IMG/VR virus record: IMGVR_UViG_3300017747_002323
Coordinates: 1 to 25,305 of that record
DNA: 25,305 nt
Direction: 5' to 3' (one strand)
Source: a virus
Lineage: Duplodnaviria > Caudoviricetes
Part shown: positions 8,181-16,149 of the stretch, piece after piece
How positions within the stretch are numbered: the first letter of the stretch is position 1
Layout: each line of letters opens with the position of its first letter
Program-made: the position numbers and the translations under genes
The notes under the pieces: generated by a model
Told to the model about the DNA's origin: nothing
Databases searched by the model: none
Seen by the model: the letters and a program-made list of their open reading frames with translations, nothing else

Positions 8181-8208
8181 ACGGTAACGTATCGGCGTTA
8201 CGTGTCAA
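8181..8208 (-). promoter_or_regulatory. Sigma70-type promoter P2 (near-identical to P1)
   Basis: TTGACA-16 nt-TACCGT; GTAACG-N6-CGTTAC. Confidence 0.75.
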
Positions 8209-8465
8209 GTACCTTTGGACAAATCGGCCAAAATTTCTTTCGTGCTATGCGACAGGATCGCGCCGCCGTCGGTTTGGTATTGGCCGTTCCGACGACGGCG
8301 CGCAATCAACGGCCGCCCGCGAATCGGTGCGCCGTGGTCGAAATCAAACACGACGCCATCGTGTCGAACGGCGATAACCACGCACGGTTGGAATAGGCGC
8401 GCACCGCACCCAATGCAGATATGCAACATCACGGCGTCGCCGGGGTTAAACGGGCATGGGGTCAT
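8205..8465 (-). CDS. Hypothetical early protein (86 aa)
   Basis: ATG at 8465 in ATGA overlap; MTPCPFNPGDAV start. Confidence 0.6.
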   Translation of the reverse strand: MTPCPFNPGDAVMLHICIGCGARLFQPCVVIAVRHDGVVFDFDHGAPIRGRPLIARRRRNGQYQTDGGAILSHSTKEILADLSKGT

Positions 8466-8632
8466 GCCGCACCGCCAATCGTTTCCGCAACCACGCGACG
8501 CCATTCGGAAATCGACAGGCCGACAACACGGAAACGGCGGGCCAATGCTTGCGCGTCGCGTTCGGCGTTTCCTGTCAACCACGGGCGGATCATTTCGCGT
8601 ACGGCTTCGGTTGTTACGGTTTCGTTGGTCAT
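8462..8632 (-). CDS. Small hypothetical protein (56 aa, not in ORF track; cassette 3)
   Basis: AAGGGG RBS; MTNETVTTEAVREMIRPWLTGNAERDAQALARRFRVVGLSISEWRRVVAETIGGAA. Confidence 0.7.
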   Translation of the reverse strand: MTNETVTTEAVREMIRPWLTGNAERDAQALARRFRVVGLSISEWRRVVAETIGGAA

Positions 8633-8650
8633 TTGGCTACCCCTTGCATT

Positions 8651-8688
8651 CGGCGTCGGCCGCCGCGGCCTGTCGCCGTAGTGGCGAC
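8651..8688 (-). ncRNA. Structured 5' leader, copy 3
   Basis: GUCGCC ACUAC GGCGAC A GGCC G CGGC GGCC GAC GCCG. Confidence 0.6.
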
Positions 8689-8694
8689 GTGTGG

Positions 8695-8722
8695 AGAATA
8701 GCGATACATCGGCCTATGTCAA
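8695..8722 (-). promoter_or_regulatory. Sigma70-type promoter P3
   Basis: TTGACA-16 nt-TATTCT; GCCGAT in spacer. Confidence 0.75.
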
Positions 8723-8783
8723 GTGCCATTGGACAGAATCCGACGAAATGGGCAAAAAAGTTTCGGCCGCTACCATGTCCGAT

Positions 8784-9221
8784 ATGGCACGTGGACGCCG
8801 ACCAACCGACGCTACCGCGGCCGCGGTCGATTCCGCGCGCCGTCGTGTCGCGTCGGCGTGGGCGTTGTGGTTGCTACTACCACAGGGCAAACGGCCGCCG
8901 ACGGCCGTAGCCGCCGTCCTAGTGGCTACAGCGCGCGGCCGTGCCGACCTATACCGCGTCGTGCGGTCGATTGGCGCGCACGCTCCATTGGAACGCCCGG
9001 CCATACTAGACGCCACCACCCAACGAATCCGACCACGAACGCCGGAGGATTTCGCGGAAATGATCGACACGCTACGCGTAGCGTACGACATAGCGGAAAC
9101 CGCGCACGCCCGCGCGGCGTGCGGCAACGCGCGCGGCGTCGTCATGGCCCGCTATTTCCGCGCGTTAGGAAATCAGGGTATCCAAAATGGTTTCCGCGCC
9201 CGCGCTGTTCGCGGGCAATAG
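8784..9221 (+). CDS. Only plausible plus-strand gene; hypothetical, divergent from P3
   Basis: Uses TTG/CTA/GAA codons like the other genes; TACCAT 7 nt before ATG 8784; start uncertain. Confidence 0.55.
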   Translation: MARGRRPTDATAAAVDSARRRVASAWALWLLLPQGKRPPTAVAAVLVATARGRADLYRVVRSIGAHAPLERPAILDATTQRIRPRTPEDFAEMIDTLRVAYDIAETAHARAACGNARGVVMARYFRALGNQGIQNGFRARAVRGQ

Positions 9222-10541
9222 CAAACCCTTTTCGTACATGGCGTAGAAACGGTCGAATTCGGTATTGAATTCACCTTCCGCGCCGTTCGTGGATTTCAAC
9301 GTTATAGAATCGTTGGCTACCCAATCGGTCGAACCGGGGAGGATTACGATACCTTGCGACCCCGGCGCAAATTGGCGTACTTCGGCCAATACCAGTTCGT
9401 CTAGGAACATCGTCGCGCCCGCGTTTATCGCGGTCGTTTGTTCCAACGAAACGTATACGGTTGACGGCAACGCGACAGGCGCGCGGAAAAACGCATATTG
9501 CCAACCGTACGTCGTTCCAATCGTGTACGGGATATCCACCTGTGCGCCCGTAACAATGGTGCCGCCGGAATTCTGCAACGACACGCGCACGTTTCCCGCA
9601 CTAGGCGCGGCCGACATTCGCGCGGCCACGGCCAACACGTACAGGCGGTCGGAAACGATGCCGTGTGGCGTGCCGGATTCGGTCGCCATTTGCTGTCGAA
9701 CCTTCGCCAACGTCGCGCCGTCACCGATGAACCGGAACGATTTCGCCCCGCGAAATACCGTGGTCGATTCCCCGAAGTGCGTACCCGCCGTACCTGTGGA
9801 TACGGTGAAATAGTCGGGGATGTTGGCGGTCGTGTAGTTTTCGAAGGCGCTATTCCGCAACAGGTTTTCGTAACGCGCGCCCGTGTCGAGTGCCGGATTT
9901 AGGCACGACATTACGAAATCCGCGCCCGACCCCGCGGGGAATCGGTAATCCAAATTCCCGAACGCGACTTGCCCGCGCACGCGGAACCGTTCGCTACCCG
10001 ATGGAATCTCGCGTGCCGTCGCATCCTGCACGCATCGGATTTCCAATCGTTCGGTACGGATGTTGGGAAATTGCGTTACCCCCGACTGCAACGACGGCGG
10101 CGGAATCTCCGTGTACAACAGCGTTCCGTTTCCGGTGTTCGACGCGCCCGTGGCCGACGCGGATTTGGAAATCGCCGTAGCGTCCACCGATTCCGAATCC
10201 GCGGCCATTTCGCGGATCAAATACATAAGCGCATCGTGTACCGTTTTCGACGGCATCGGGCTACGCGTGTTTAACGCGGCGTCGTTGTAGCACGTTTCGA
10301 TTAGTGTCTTTTCGGCCGCTGCCTGTACGTCGGCAACGATTGCGCCCGCGGCCTGTACGCGCAATTGCATTTGGCCGACGATTTCGCCAACCATATACGA
10401 ATCGGCCGACGAATATTCGGCTTGGATTCCTGCAATGCGCGAAACCAAATCCAATTGATGCGCGCGCACGGCTTCGGCTAGGCCAAACAACTTTCCTAGC
10501 CGCGTGAACAATCCATTTGTGCCGTCGTAGGTTAGGGCCAT
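9165..10541 (-). CDS. Putative tail-associated protein with C-terminal CBM-like beta-sandwich
   Basis: ENLLRNSAFE...RGAKSF...FLDELVL resembles the CBM4/9 pattern; last gene of the tail operon. Confidence 0.65.
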   Translation of the reverse strand: MALTYDGTNGLFTRLGKLFGLAEAVRAHQLDLVSRIAGIQAEYSSADSYMVGEIVGQMQLRVQAAGAIVADVQAAAEKTLIETCYNDAALNTRSPMPSKTVHDALMYLIREMAADSESVDATAISKSASATGASNTGNGTLLYTEIPPPSLQSGVTQFPNIRTERLEIRCVQDATAREIPSGSERFRVRGQVAFGNLDYRFPAGSGADFVMSCLNPALDTGARYENLLRNSAFENYTTANIPDYFTVSTGTAGTHFGESTTVFRGAKSFRFIGDGATLAKVRQQMATESGTPHGIVSDRLYVLAVAARMSAAPSAGNVRVSLQNSGGTIVTGAQVDIPYTIGTTYGWQYAFFRAPVALPSTVYVSLEQTTAINAGATMFLDELVLAEVRQFAPGSQGIVILPGSTDWVANDSITLKSTNGAEGEFNTEFDRFYAMYEKGLLLPANSAGAETILDTLIS

Positions 10542-10546
10542 GCGCG

Positions 10547-10819
10547 TTATTCCTGTGTCGGTTTATCGGTGAATGGTACGGCCGCGTTCAACGCGGCGCG
10601 ACGTTCGGCGCAACCACATTTCCCGCCGGGTGCTACGCGTTCAACGACGGCCGCCGCGCCTGTCCATTTGGCGACGGTATGCACCACGTCCCCCAAACCA
10701 CGCAACGTTCCCATGTACATTCGGCACGACGAACAACGTTCGTTCGTGGCGTCACCGCCGACGCCGGGGTGTCGGCATTGGCCCGCATCGTTGAATCGGC
10801 AACCGCTAGGTAAACGCAA
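10547..10819 (-). CDS. Small Cys-rich protein (GLGD...CGC..RR..LN motif)
   Basis: TTG start after GGGGAG; RGLGDVVHTVAKWTG...KCGCAERRAALN. Confidence 0.7.
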   Translation of the reverse strand: MRLPSGCRFNDAGQCRHPGVGGDATNERCSSCRMYMGTLRGLGDVVHTVAKWTGAAAVVERVAPGGKCGCAERRAALNAAVPFTDKPTQE

Positions 10820-11549
10820 TGGAAATGCTCCCCGTGCGCGTGATTCGATATCCCAACGAATCCGTGTAGTCTTCGAATCCGCTACCAATCGGGATTGGCC
10901 CGGCGTATCCGGTGCTATCGGCACCGAATCCGATGGATATGCAATCAACGCAAGTTCCGGGGTCGCAATCCGGCGGGAATTCCCCGACTATATTTATCGT
11001 TACGGAACGCGACAACGATTGCGCCCCGCAATCGGGATTGCAGCACACGCCGACGGAAGAAGATTGATATAGGCCCGTACCCTGAAAAGAAACATTCAAA
11101 CCCCAACGGTTGTCCCCTGCGGTGAATCCACCCAAACAGGTTAGACCGATTGCGTATTGCCCGCCAAGTAATGGCGTGGCGCACGTTCCGAAATTGAACG
11201 ATTGCATATAGCATTCGCGCCAAACGCCGCACGCGCTACCGTCATATTCGTTTATTTTGCTAGTTACGGTTTGTGTCGCGGTAGCCGTTCCACCCAATCG
11301 CGCGGTGCCATATTCACCCGGCGGGGCGGTTGAACCCAATAATGTCCCCGTAACGGTTCCCCCGAACGTCCACGTATCCGTCCCCGTCACAAAACCCGAA
11401 CAACCGTCTACGAATTCCGTCAACGATGAACCGCTAAAGGTTACGGTAACCGTGCGCGGCAACGACGGAAAACACGCCGTCGTCCATTGTTGACAGTTGG
11501 CAATTCCACCACCGCGCGCACAACAGCACAACGCCGCTAGCCGCGACAT
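10806..11549 (-). CDS. Cys/Thr/Gly-rich putative tail-tip or receptor-binding protein
   Basis: N-terminal CCC, many Cys, beta-rich, visibly more AT-rich; in tail operon. Confidence 0.6.
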   Translation of the reverse strand: MSRLAALCCCARGGGIANCQQWTTACFPSLPRTVTVTFSGSSLTEFVDGCSGFVTGTDTWTFGGTVTGTLLGSTAPPGEYGTARLGGTATATQTVTSKINEYDGSACGVWRECYMQSFNFGTCATPLLGGQYAIGLTCLGGFTAGDNRWGLNVSFQGTGLYQSSSVGVCCNPDCGAQSLSRSVTINIVGEFPPDCDPGTCVDCISIGFGADSTGYAGPIPIGSGFEDYTDSLGYRITRTGSISIAFT

Positions 11550-11917
11550 TACGCGTTCCCTTCGCGCCCGTAGACATTCACAGACACGACGCCCGTAACG
11601 CCCGCGCGCCCGCGCAACGACTCGCCCGGAAGTAGCGGCCGTTCCGTTTCATCAATCACCGTCGCGCCGTTCGCCAACCGCGCGTCGTAATACTGCGCGT
11701 TCGCTACCGACGTTGCCGCGCCCGGTCGCGTGTGGTGAATACGAAACGTCGTAGCCGACGTGTGCGTGTTGCATACGACGATTGCCGTAACGAACGCGAC
11801 GCGACTAGACGGAACCGTGTATACCGATTCGTCGTTGGTGGTAAACGTGAATTGCGCCAATAGGCGCGGATTCCGTTCGGAGCGTACGGGAATCGGGGTT
11901 GTGGTTAGGGTGGACAT
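11549..11917 (-). CDS. Small beta-sandwich structural protein
   Basis: VYTVP...IVVCNT...L.PGESL...VSVNVYG pattern. Confidence 0.65.
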   Translation of the reverse strand: MSTLTTTPIPVRSERNPRLLAQFTFTTNDESVYTVPSSRVAFVTAIVVCNTHTSATTFRIHHTRPGAATSVANAQYYDARLANGATVIDETERPLLPGESLRGRAGVTGVVSVNVYGREGNA

Positions 11918-12690
11918 TGGACGTTCAACGCGTTAGGAATGCTAAAGTAGGCGGATTGGCTAGAGAACGACAACGCGACCACGGTATTTACCGCAATCGG
12001 TGCTAGCGAAATGATCGCACCGCCCGGCCCGCTACCCGGCACGGTTCCGGTTTCGCATCCGTTGATTGCAAACGGCCCCGAACCATCGGCACCACCGGAC
12101 GCGCCGCCTGTCTTCAAACGCCACACGATGTCCGCGGGTTGGCCCGCGGGTACCACGATGTCGGCGTATACCTCTTTCCAAGTGTATTTCCAACGCGTCG
12201 GCGGATTCGTGGCAACGCCCAACGTAGCCGCCGCCGTAATGATTGCGGGTATGGTCGATTGCGCCAACGCCGACAGAATCAACCACGAAACCTTACCGTC
12301 GGCACCGATTAGCCGAAGCATGGAAACGATGCTGTTCACCCCTAGCGTTACGTTCGCGCCCGTGGTCGCACCCCACGCCGGAATGGCGTAGGCGGGTTGG
12401 TACCTGTCGCCGTCTGTGCTAGCGAACGACGTACGGCCGTCCGGCCTGTCTTCCCATTCCACGTAACGGTTGTAGTCGGCTTTCGACTTCGGCCACACTT
12501 CCGCCCATCTGTAGTCTTGATACGACCCGGCCGCGTGCGTGATACGCGCGAAACACAGGTCGGACGACGTGGGAACGAATCCGGCACCCGCGGTCAACAG
12601 CGGGCGCAACCTGTCCACCGTGTCGCATATCTCGTTTAGATGTTCGAACGTCAACCGTCCGATTTGGCCGCTGTTGAACCGTGGTAGCAT
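11905..12690 (-). CDS. Putative tail protein with internal duplication
   Basis: ARIT...YRWAEV...AYAI and AIIT...YTWKEV...AIN repeated halves; downstream of TMP. Confidence 0.6.
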   Translation of the reverse strand: MLPRFNSGQIGRLTFEHLNEICDTVDRLRPLLTAGAGFVPTSSDLCFARITHAAGSYQDYRWAEVWPKSKADYNRYVEWEDRPDGRTSFASTDGDRYQPAYAIPAWGATTGANVTLGVNSIVSMLRLIGADGKVSWLILSALAQSTIPAIITAAATLGVATNPPTRWKYTWKEVYADIVVPAGQPADIVWRLKTGGASGGADGSGPFAINGCETGTVPGSGPGGAIISLAPIAVNTVVALSFSSQSAYFSIPNALNVQCPP

Positions 12691-12693
12691 GGT

Positions 12694-13566
12694 TTACCAA
12701 TTCGTGGAAATGGCCGTGAAATCGGCCGTATTCGGGAACGGTTGCCGCCAAAAAACCTTGCGTGCGCGTTTGCCGCCGTTGATTTCCGACGTGGGAATCC
12801 GGCCGCTACCGTCGCGTTCCGGCGTCTGTATCAAATGGTATTCGGAATCTTCGATGAACCGATGCGTAACGGTGAACAGCGAAACGCCCGCGCGTCGGAT
12901 TTGGCCGCCCGTATAGACGACGGTACCGCGCGCGAATCCTTCCCACGATGCGTTATTGCGACGACCACGCGCCGTACGCATATTCGCAATAATGGTCGGC
13001 AATCCCGAAACGTTCTGTATCGTTTCGTTGATTACCAATTCCGAAGTGTACTTTAGACGCGACAACGGCACGCCCTCTAGGTCGATTTGCGTGCCACCCG
13101 TAATTTGCGTCGTGGCCGCGTTGGCCGGGTCGCCATTGGTCGGATACGTCGGGTTGGAAATGTACGTGTCCGCGAACGCGGCGGCTATGTCCAACGTCCA
13201 TTCCACGTAGCCGACTTCGCCGGGCTGTGCGGAACTACTGGTTACCTGTGCGTTGGCGTAGTTCCAAACGACCGTCCAAATATCCGTCAACGGTTCGCGC
13301 GTGATTGAATAGGATTTAGCCCAAACGCCCGTTTCGTCGGGGAATAAATCGCCCTTCGCGGGCAACGCATCCGGCCCCGCGCTAGTCAATCCACCGACGC
13401 TACCACCGACGGCGATACCGAACCATTGGCGAACCCTGTACGGAGAAACCAACGACGACGTAGCGGTGTCGTCGTAAACCTTGAACGTGCGCGACGCGGA
13501 AACCTTGCCCGCGTCGTATGACCACGTTCGGCTTGCGGATTGTTCGATGCAACGGAAATTCGGCAT
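12694..13566 (-). CDS. Putative distal tail/hub protein
   Basis: First gene after TMP; beta-rich; RNNASWEGF..GTV motif. Confidence 0.6.
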   Translation of the reverse strand: MPNFRCIEQSASRTWSYDAGKVSASRTFKVYDDTATSSLVSPYRVRQWFGIAVGGSVGGLTSAGPDALPAKGDLFPDETGVWAKSYSITREPLTDIWTVVWNYANAQVTSSSAQPGEVGYVEWTLDIAAAFADTYISNPTYPTNGDPANAATTQITGGTQIDLEGVPLSRLKYTSELVINETIQNVSGLPTIIANMRTARGRRNNASWEGFARGTVVYTGGQIRRAGVSLFTVTHRFIEDSEYHLIQTPERDGSGRIPTSEINGGKRARKVFWRQPFPNTADFTAISTNW

Positions 13567-14751
13567 TTATTGAAATCCGATTGTTTGAATGGTCGTGGCT
13601 ACCTTTTCGGTAGCGGTCGCGGTGCGTTCCTGCACGCTACGTTGCGCCTCTTTGGGGTACGCGTCGAACGTAAACGAACCTAGCGCGGTGTTGGCGGTTC
13701 CCGTGCGATTGGCCCCGGCCGATTCGGCGTCGGCGCGTTGCGCCTGTACGGCGGCTAGTTCCTCTTCCAACGCGTAACGCTCTTCGATGGCCTTCCGTTC
13801 GTCGGCGGTCAACGCGTCGCGCAACGCTTTTTCCTTCGCCACGGTGCGTTCCACGCGTTCGCGTTCGCGCGCGATTTCGCGGGCCGCGTCTGTTTGTCCG
13901 TCGGCGGCCGCCCGCTCTTCGCGGATTCGTAGCCGCAACAAACGCACGTCGGTTTCGGCCTGTTTGGTACGCTCTTCGCGCGCCTTGCGTTCCTTCTCCG
14001 CGGCTTCGGCTTCGCGTTTGGCCTTGTCGTCGGCGGCTTGTTTTTCCTTCGCCGCGGCTTCCGAAATAGCCTTTAGTTTCCCTTCTAATTCAATCTGTGC
14101 GGCGCGTTGTTTTTCCCTGTTGAGATTTAGCAACGCGTTTAGTTCTAGGTCGGAAATCCCTTCCGCCATTCGGAACGCGAGTTCCGTATCCTGTTCATCC
14201 TTTACGCGTTGGGCTTCGGCGCGGGCCGCGGCTTCGGCGTCGCCACGATTTCGCATGGCGTTTATTTCGTTCGTAACTTCCAACCGTTCGCGTTCACGCA
14301 TTAGGGCCGTGGTTGCGCTATCGGCCGCGCGGCTTTCCTTTTCGCGTTCCCCGGCTACGCGGCGCAACCCTTCGCGCGCGGCCGATTGTTTGGCTATCAA
14401 ATCCTCCGCGGCCTTATCCGCCGCCCCGAAAGTCGCGTCGTAAATCGCGCTACCCAAATCGACAAACGCGCCGACGAACGGAATCGTTTTCAAACCGTCC
14501 AATATGGCGTCGGGCATCGACTTATCCGAACGTAGAACGCTTGCCGCGGCTTTCGCCAATCCGGCCGCCATCATTGGCCCGGCGATTGTGCCGACGACGC
14601 CGCGGGCCTGTTCGGAGAATTTCCCGCCGAAGTCGTAGCCAAGTTTTCCGCCCTGCGTTTGGACGGTTTGACGTGCGGCCGCCAACCCCTTATCCAAACC
14701 GTCAAGTTTGGCGGTAACGTCTATGTAAACTTCACCGCCTTTTTCGGCCAT
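13567..14751 (-). CDS. Short tape measure protein (~394 aa)
   Basis: GEVYIDVTAKLDGLDKGL N-terminus; Ala/Glu/Arg-rich helical body; follows the frameshifted chaperone. Confidence 0.75.
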   Translation of the reverse strand: MAEKGGEVYIDVTAKLDGLDKGLAAARQTVQTQGGKLGYDFGGKFSEQARGVVGTIAGPMMAAGLAKAAASVLRSDKSMPDAILDGLKTIPFVGAFVDLGSAIYDATFGAADKAAEDLIAKQSAAREGLRRVAGEREKESRAADSATTALMRERERLEVTNEINAMRNRGDAEAAARAEAQRVKDEQDTELAFRMAEGISDLELNALLNLNREKQRAAQIELEGKLKAISEAAAKEKQAADDKAKREAEAAEKERKAREERTKQAETDVRLLRLRIREERAAADGQTDAAREIARERERVERTVAKEKALRDALTADERKAIEERYALEEELAAVQAQRADAESAGANRTGTANTALGSFTFDAYPKEAQRSVQERTATATEKVATTIQTIGFQ

Positions 14752-14768
14752 TGTCGGCAACCTTCCGG

Positions 14769-14984
14769 CTATAGGGAATCAATGTACGCCCGTGTATCTA
14801 TCGGGCCGGATACCCGGCGCAATTCGCCCCGCGCCGCGGCTTCTAAATACCCGGTGAATTCCGAAACAGGCAATGCCAACGGATCGGCTACACCGACCAC
14901 GGTAGCCACTAGGAACGATTCCGCTAGCCAATCGCGGGGCCGTTCGCGTCCGGGTTGACGCGCGAACGGCGTACCCATTTTCCC
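14769..14984 (-). CDS. Tail assembly chaperone -1 frameshift extension (gpT-like)
   Basis: Lies in the -1 frame entered at GGGAAAA (14978-14984). Confidence 0.75.
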   Translation of the reverse strand, partial: GKMGTPFARQPGRERPRDWLAESFLVATVVGVADPLALPVSEFTGYLEAAARGELRRVSGPIDTRAYIDSL

Positions 14985-15346
14985 ACGTCGGCCGACCATT
15001 CAAACCCGACGGTTTGCAACGCAAGTTCCGTTAGGTCGTCGGGCGCGATCCCTTCCAACATGGATTCGGCACGGTCGGCCCCGACCGATTCGGTAAGGAT
15101 TCGGCACGCGCCGTCGAACGTAAAGCACGACCGAACCAACGTCGTAGACAATCGGGCGTCTTCGCGGGCGGTGCGCGTTCGACGTAACGTTTCGTCGGTG
15201 TCCAATCCCAACGCGCGACAGTCGGCCGCCGTTTCCGCGGCCATACGTTCCGCCATGACGGATTGCAACGTGCAAACCTGTCGAACGGTCAACGGCGGGA
15301 ACCGTCGTTCCTCCCCGCCAACGATAGCCACCGCGTCCCCGATCAT
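14924..15346 (-). CDS. Tail assembly chaperone (gpG-like)
   Basis: Between tail tube and TMP; ATGA-coupled start MIGDAV; slippery heptamer near its end. Confidence 0.75.
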   Translation of the reverse strand: MIGDAVAIVGGEERRFPPLTVRQVCTLQSVMAERMAAETAADCRALGLDTDETLRRTRTAREDARLSTTLVRSCFTFDGACRILTESVGADRAESMLEGIAPDDLTELALQTVGFEWSADVGKWVRRSRVNPDANGPAIG

Positions 15347-15621
15347 GCGTTGCCCTTTCCGCGGGCTAGCAACGCCCGCAATTGTGTTTCGTAGTCGCCC
15401 ACGACTACGCGTACGTGTTCCGCCGCGCGGCACACGGTTAGGTCGGTCACCCGCTCTAGCGGTATTTTCCCGGCGCGCAGCGCGCGGGCGGCGGCAAATT
15501 CCTCCGCAATCGTTCCCGGTGCGACGCGGAATTTAGACACTATGCCGCCGGAATGCGTTATGGAAACGATCCAATCCGTATCGGAAGGTTGCGCTATTAG
15601 CGACGACGACGCCGGAACCAT
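15343..15621 (-). CDS. Hypothetical tail-region protein
   Basis: Clean ORF coupled to the chaperone gene. Confidence 0.65.
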   Translation of the reverse strand: MVPASSSLIAQPSDTDWIVSITHSGGIVSKFRVAPGTIAEEFAAARALRAGKIPLERVTDLTVCRAAEHVRVVVGDYETQLRALLARGKGNA

Positions 15622-15633
15622 GCCCCAATGATA

Positions 15634-15673
15634 CCGCCGCCGCGGAACGCGCGAACGCGAACCACGGCGGCGG
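15634..15673 (-). terminator. Long GC hairpin after tail tube gene (terminator or stabiliser)
   Basis: CCGCCGCCGUGG UU CGCG UUCG CGCG UU CCGCGGCGGCGG; weak U tract. Confidence 0.45.
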
Positions 15674-15693
15674 GGGCAAGGGGGTTAGCAATG

Positions 15694-16140
15694 TTACGAA
15701 GTCGTCCAAACGACCGTCGGGCCGTTCGTGTCGGCCATGCCGAAATTGACGGCCAAAGTACTGTCGCCGTTCTTGTCTACGTTGAACGCGTATTGACTAA
15801 ATACGGCTTCGAATTGCAACACGCATTGCGTGGCACTAGTGGCCGTATTGAGAGTCGCGCCGCCAAACAGAGAAAGGGTCAACGTACCGCCCGGTTGCGA
15901 CGGCAACGTGTTAGACGTGATGGTACCCCACGGCGTACCCGTGTCGCGCGTCGGTGTCCCGGTAAGGCTACCCGTAATGTCAACGACGCCGAGCCGACGC
16001 ATTGCGCCCGTGTGTGCAAATCCGGTCAACACGGATTCCGTGTACGCAACGTTGGCGGCGAACGCGCGAACGTTCATCGAATAATTGGTAGTTGGAAATG
16101 CAATGTTGCCGTCGTTCCCGACAAGAAAATTCGTTGGCAT
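15694..16140 (-). CDS. Major tail tube protein
   Basis: 148 aa, Thr/Gly beta-rich, GNDGNI...DITGSL pattern; position after tail terminator. Confidence 0.75.
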   Translation of the reverse strand: MPTNFLVGNDGNIAFPTTNYSMNVRAFAANVAYTESVLTGFAHTGAMRRLGVVDITGSLTGTPTRDTGTPWGTITSNTLPSQPGGTLTLSLFGGATLNTATSATQCVLQFEAVFSQYAFNVDKNGDSTLAVNFGMADTNGPTVVWTTS

Positions 16141-16149
16141 GGCGAACCC

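Noticed and set aside
7200-8760. CRISPR array or integron attC sites
   Set aside because: Repeats are 0.5-0.9 kb apart, contain promoters, and lack attC core sites; no cas or integrase gene seen
8714-9145. Minus-strand ORF of 143 aa
   Set aside because: Ser/Arg/Ala shadow-like composition and runs into P3; the plus frame fits codon usage better, though this is not fully excluded
10806-10950. DGR variable region (DSLGYRITR resembles the GFR motif of C-type lectin targets)
   Set aside because: No template repeat or reverse transcriptase seen in the window, and the protein lacks other CLec/FGE motifs
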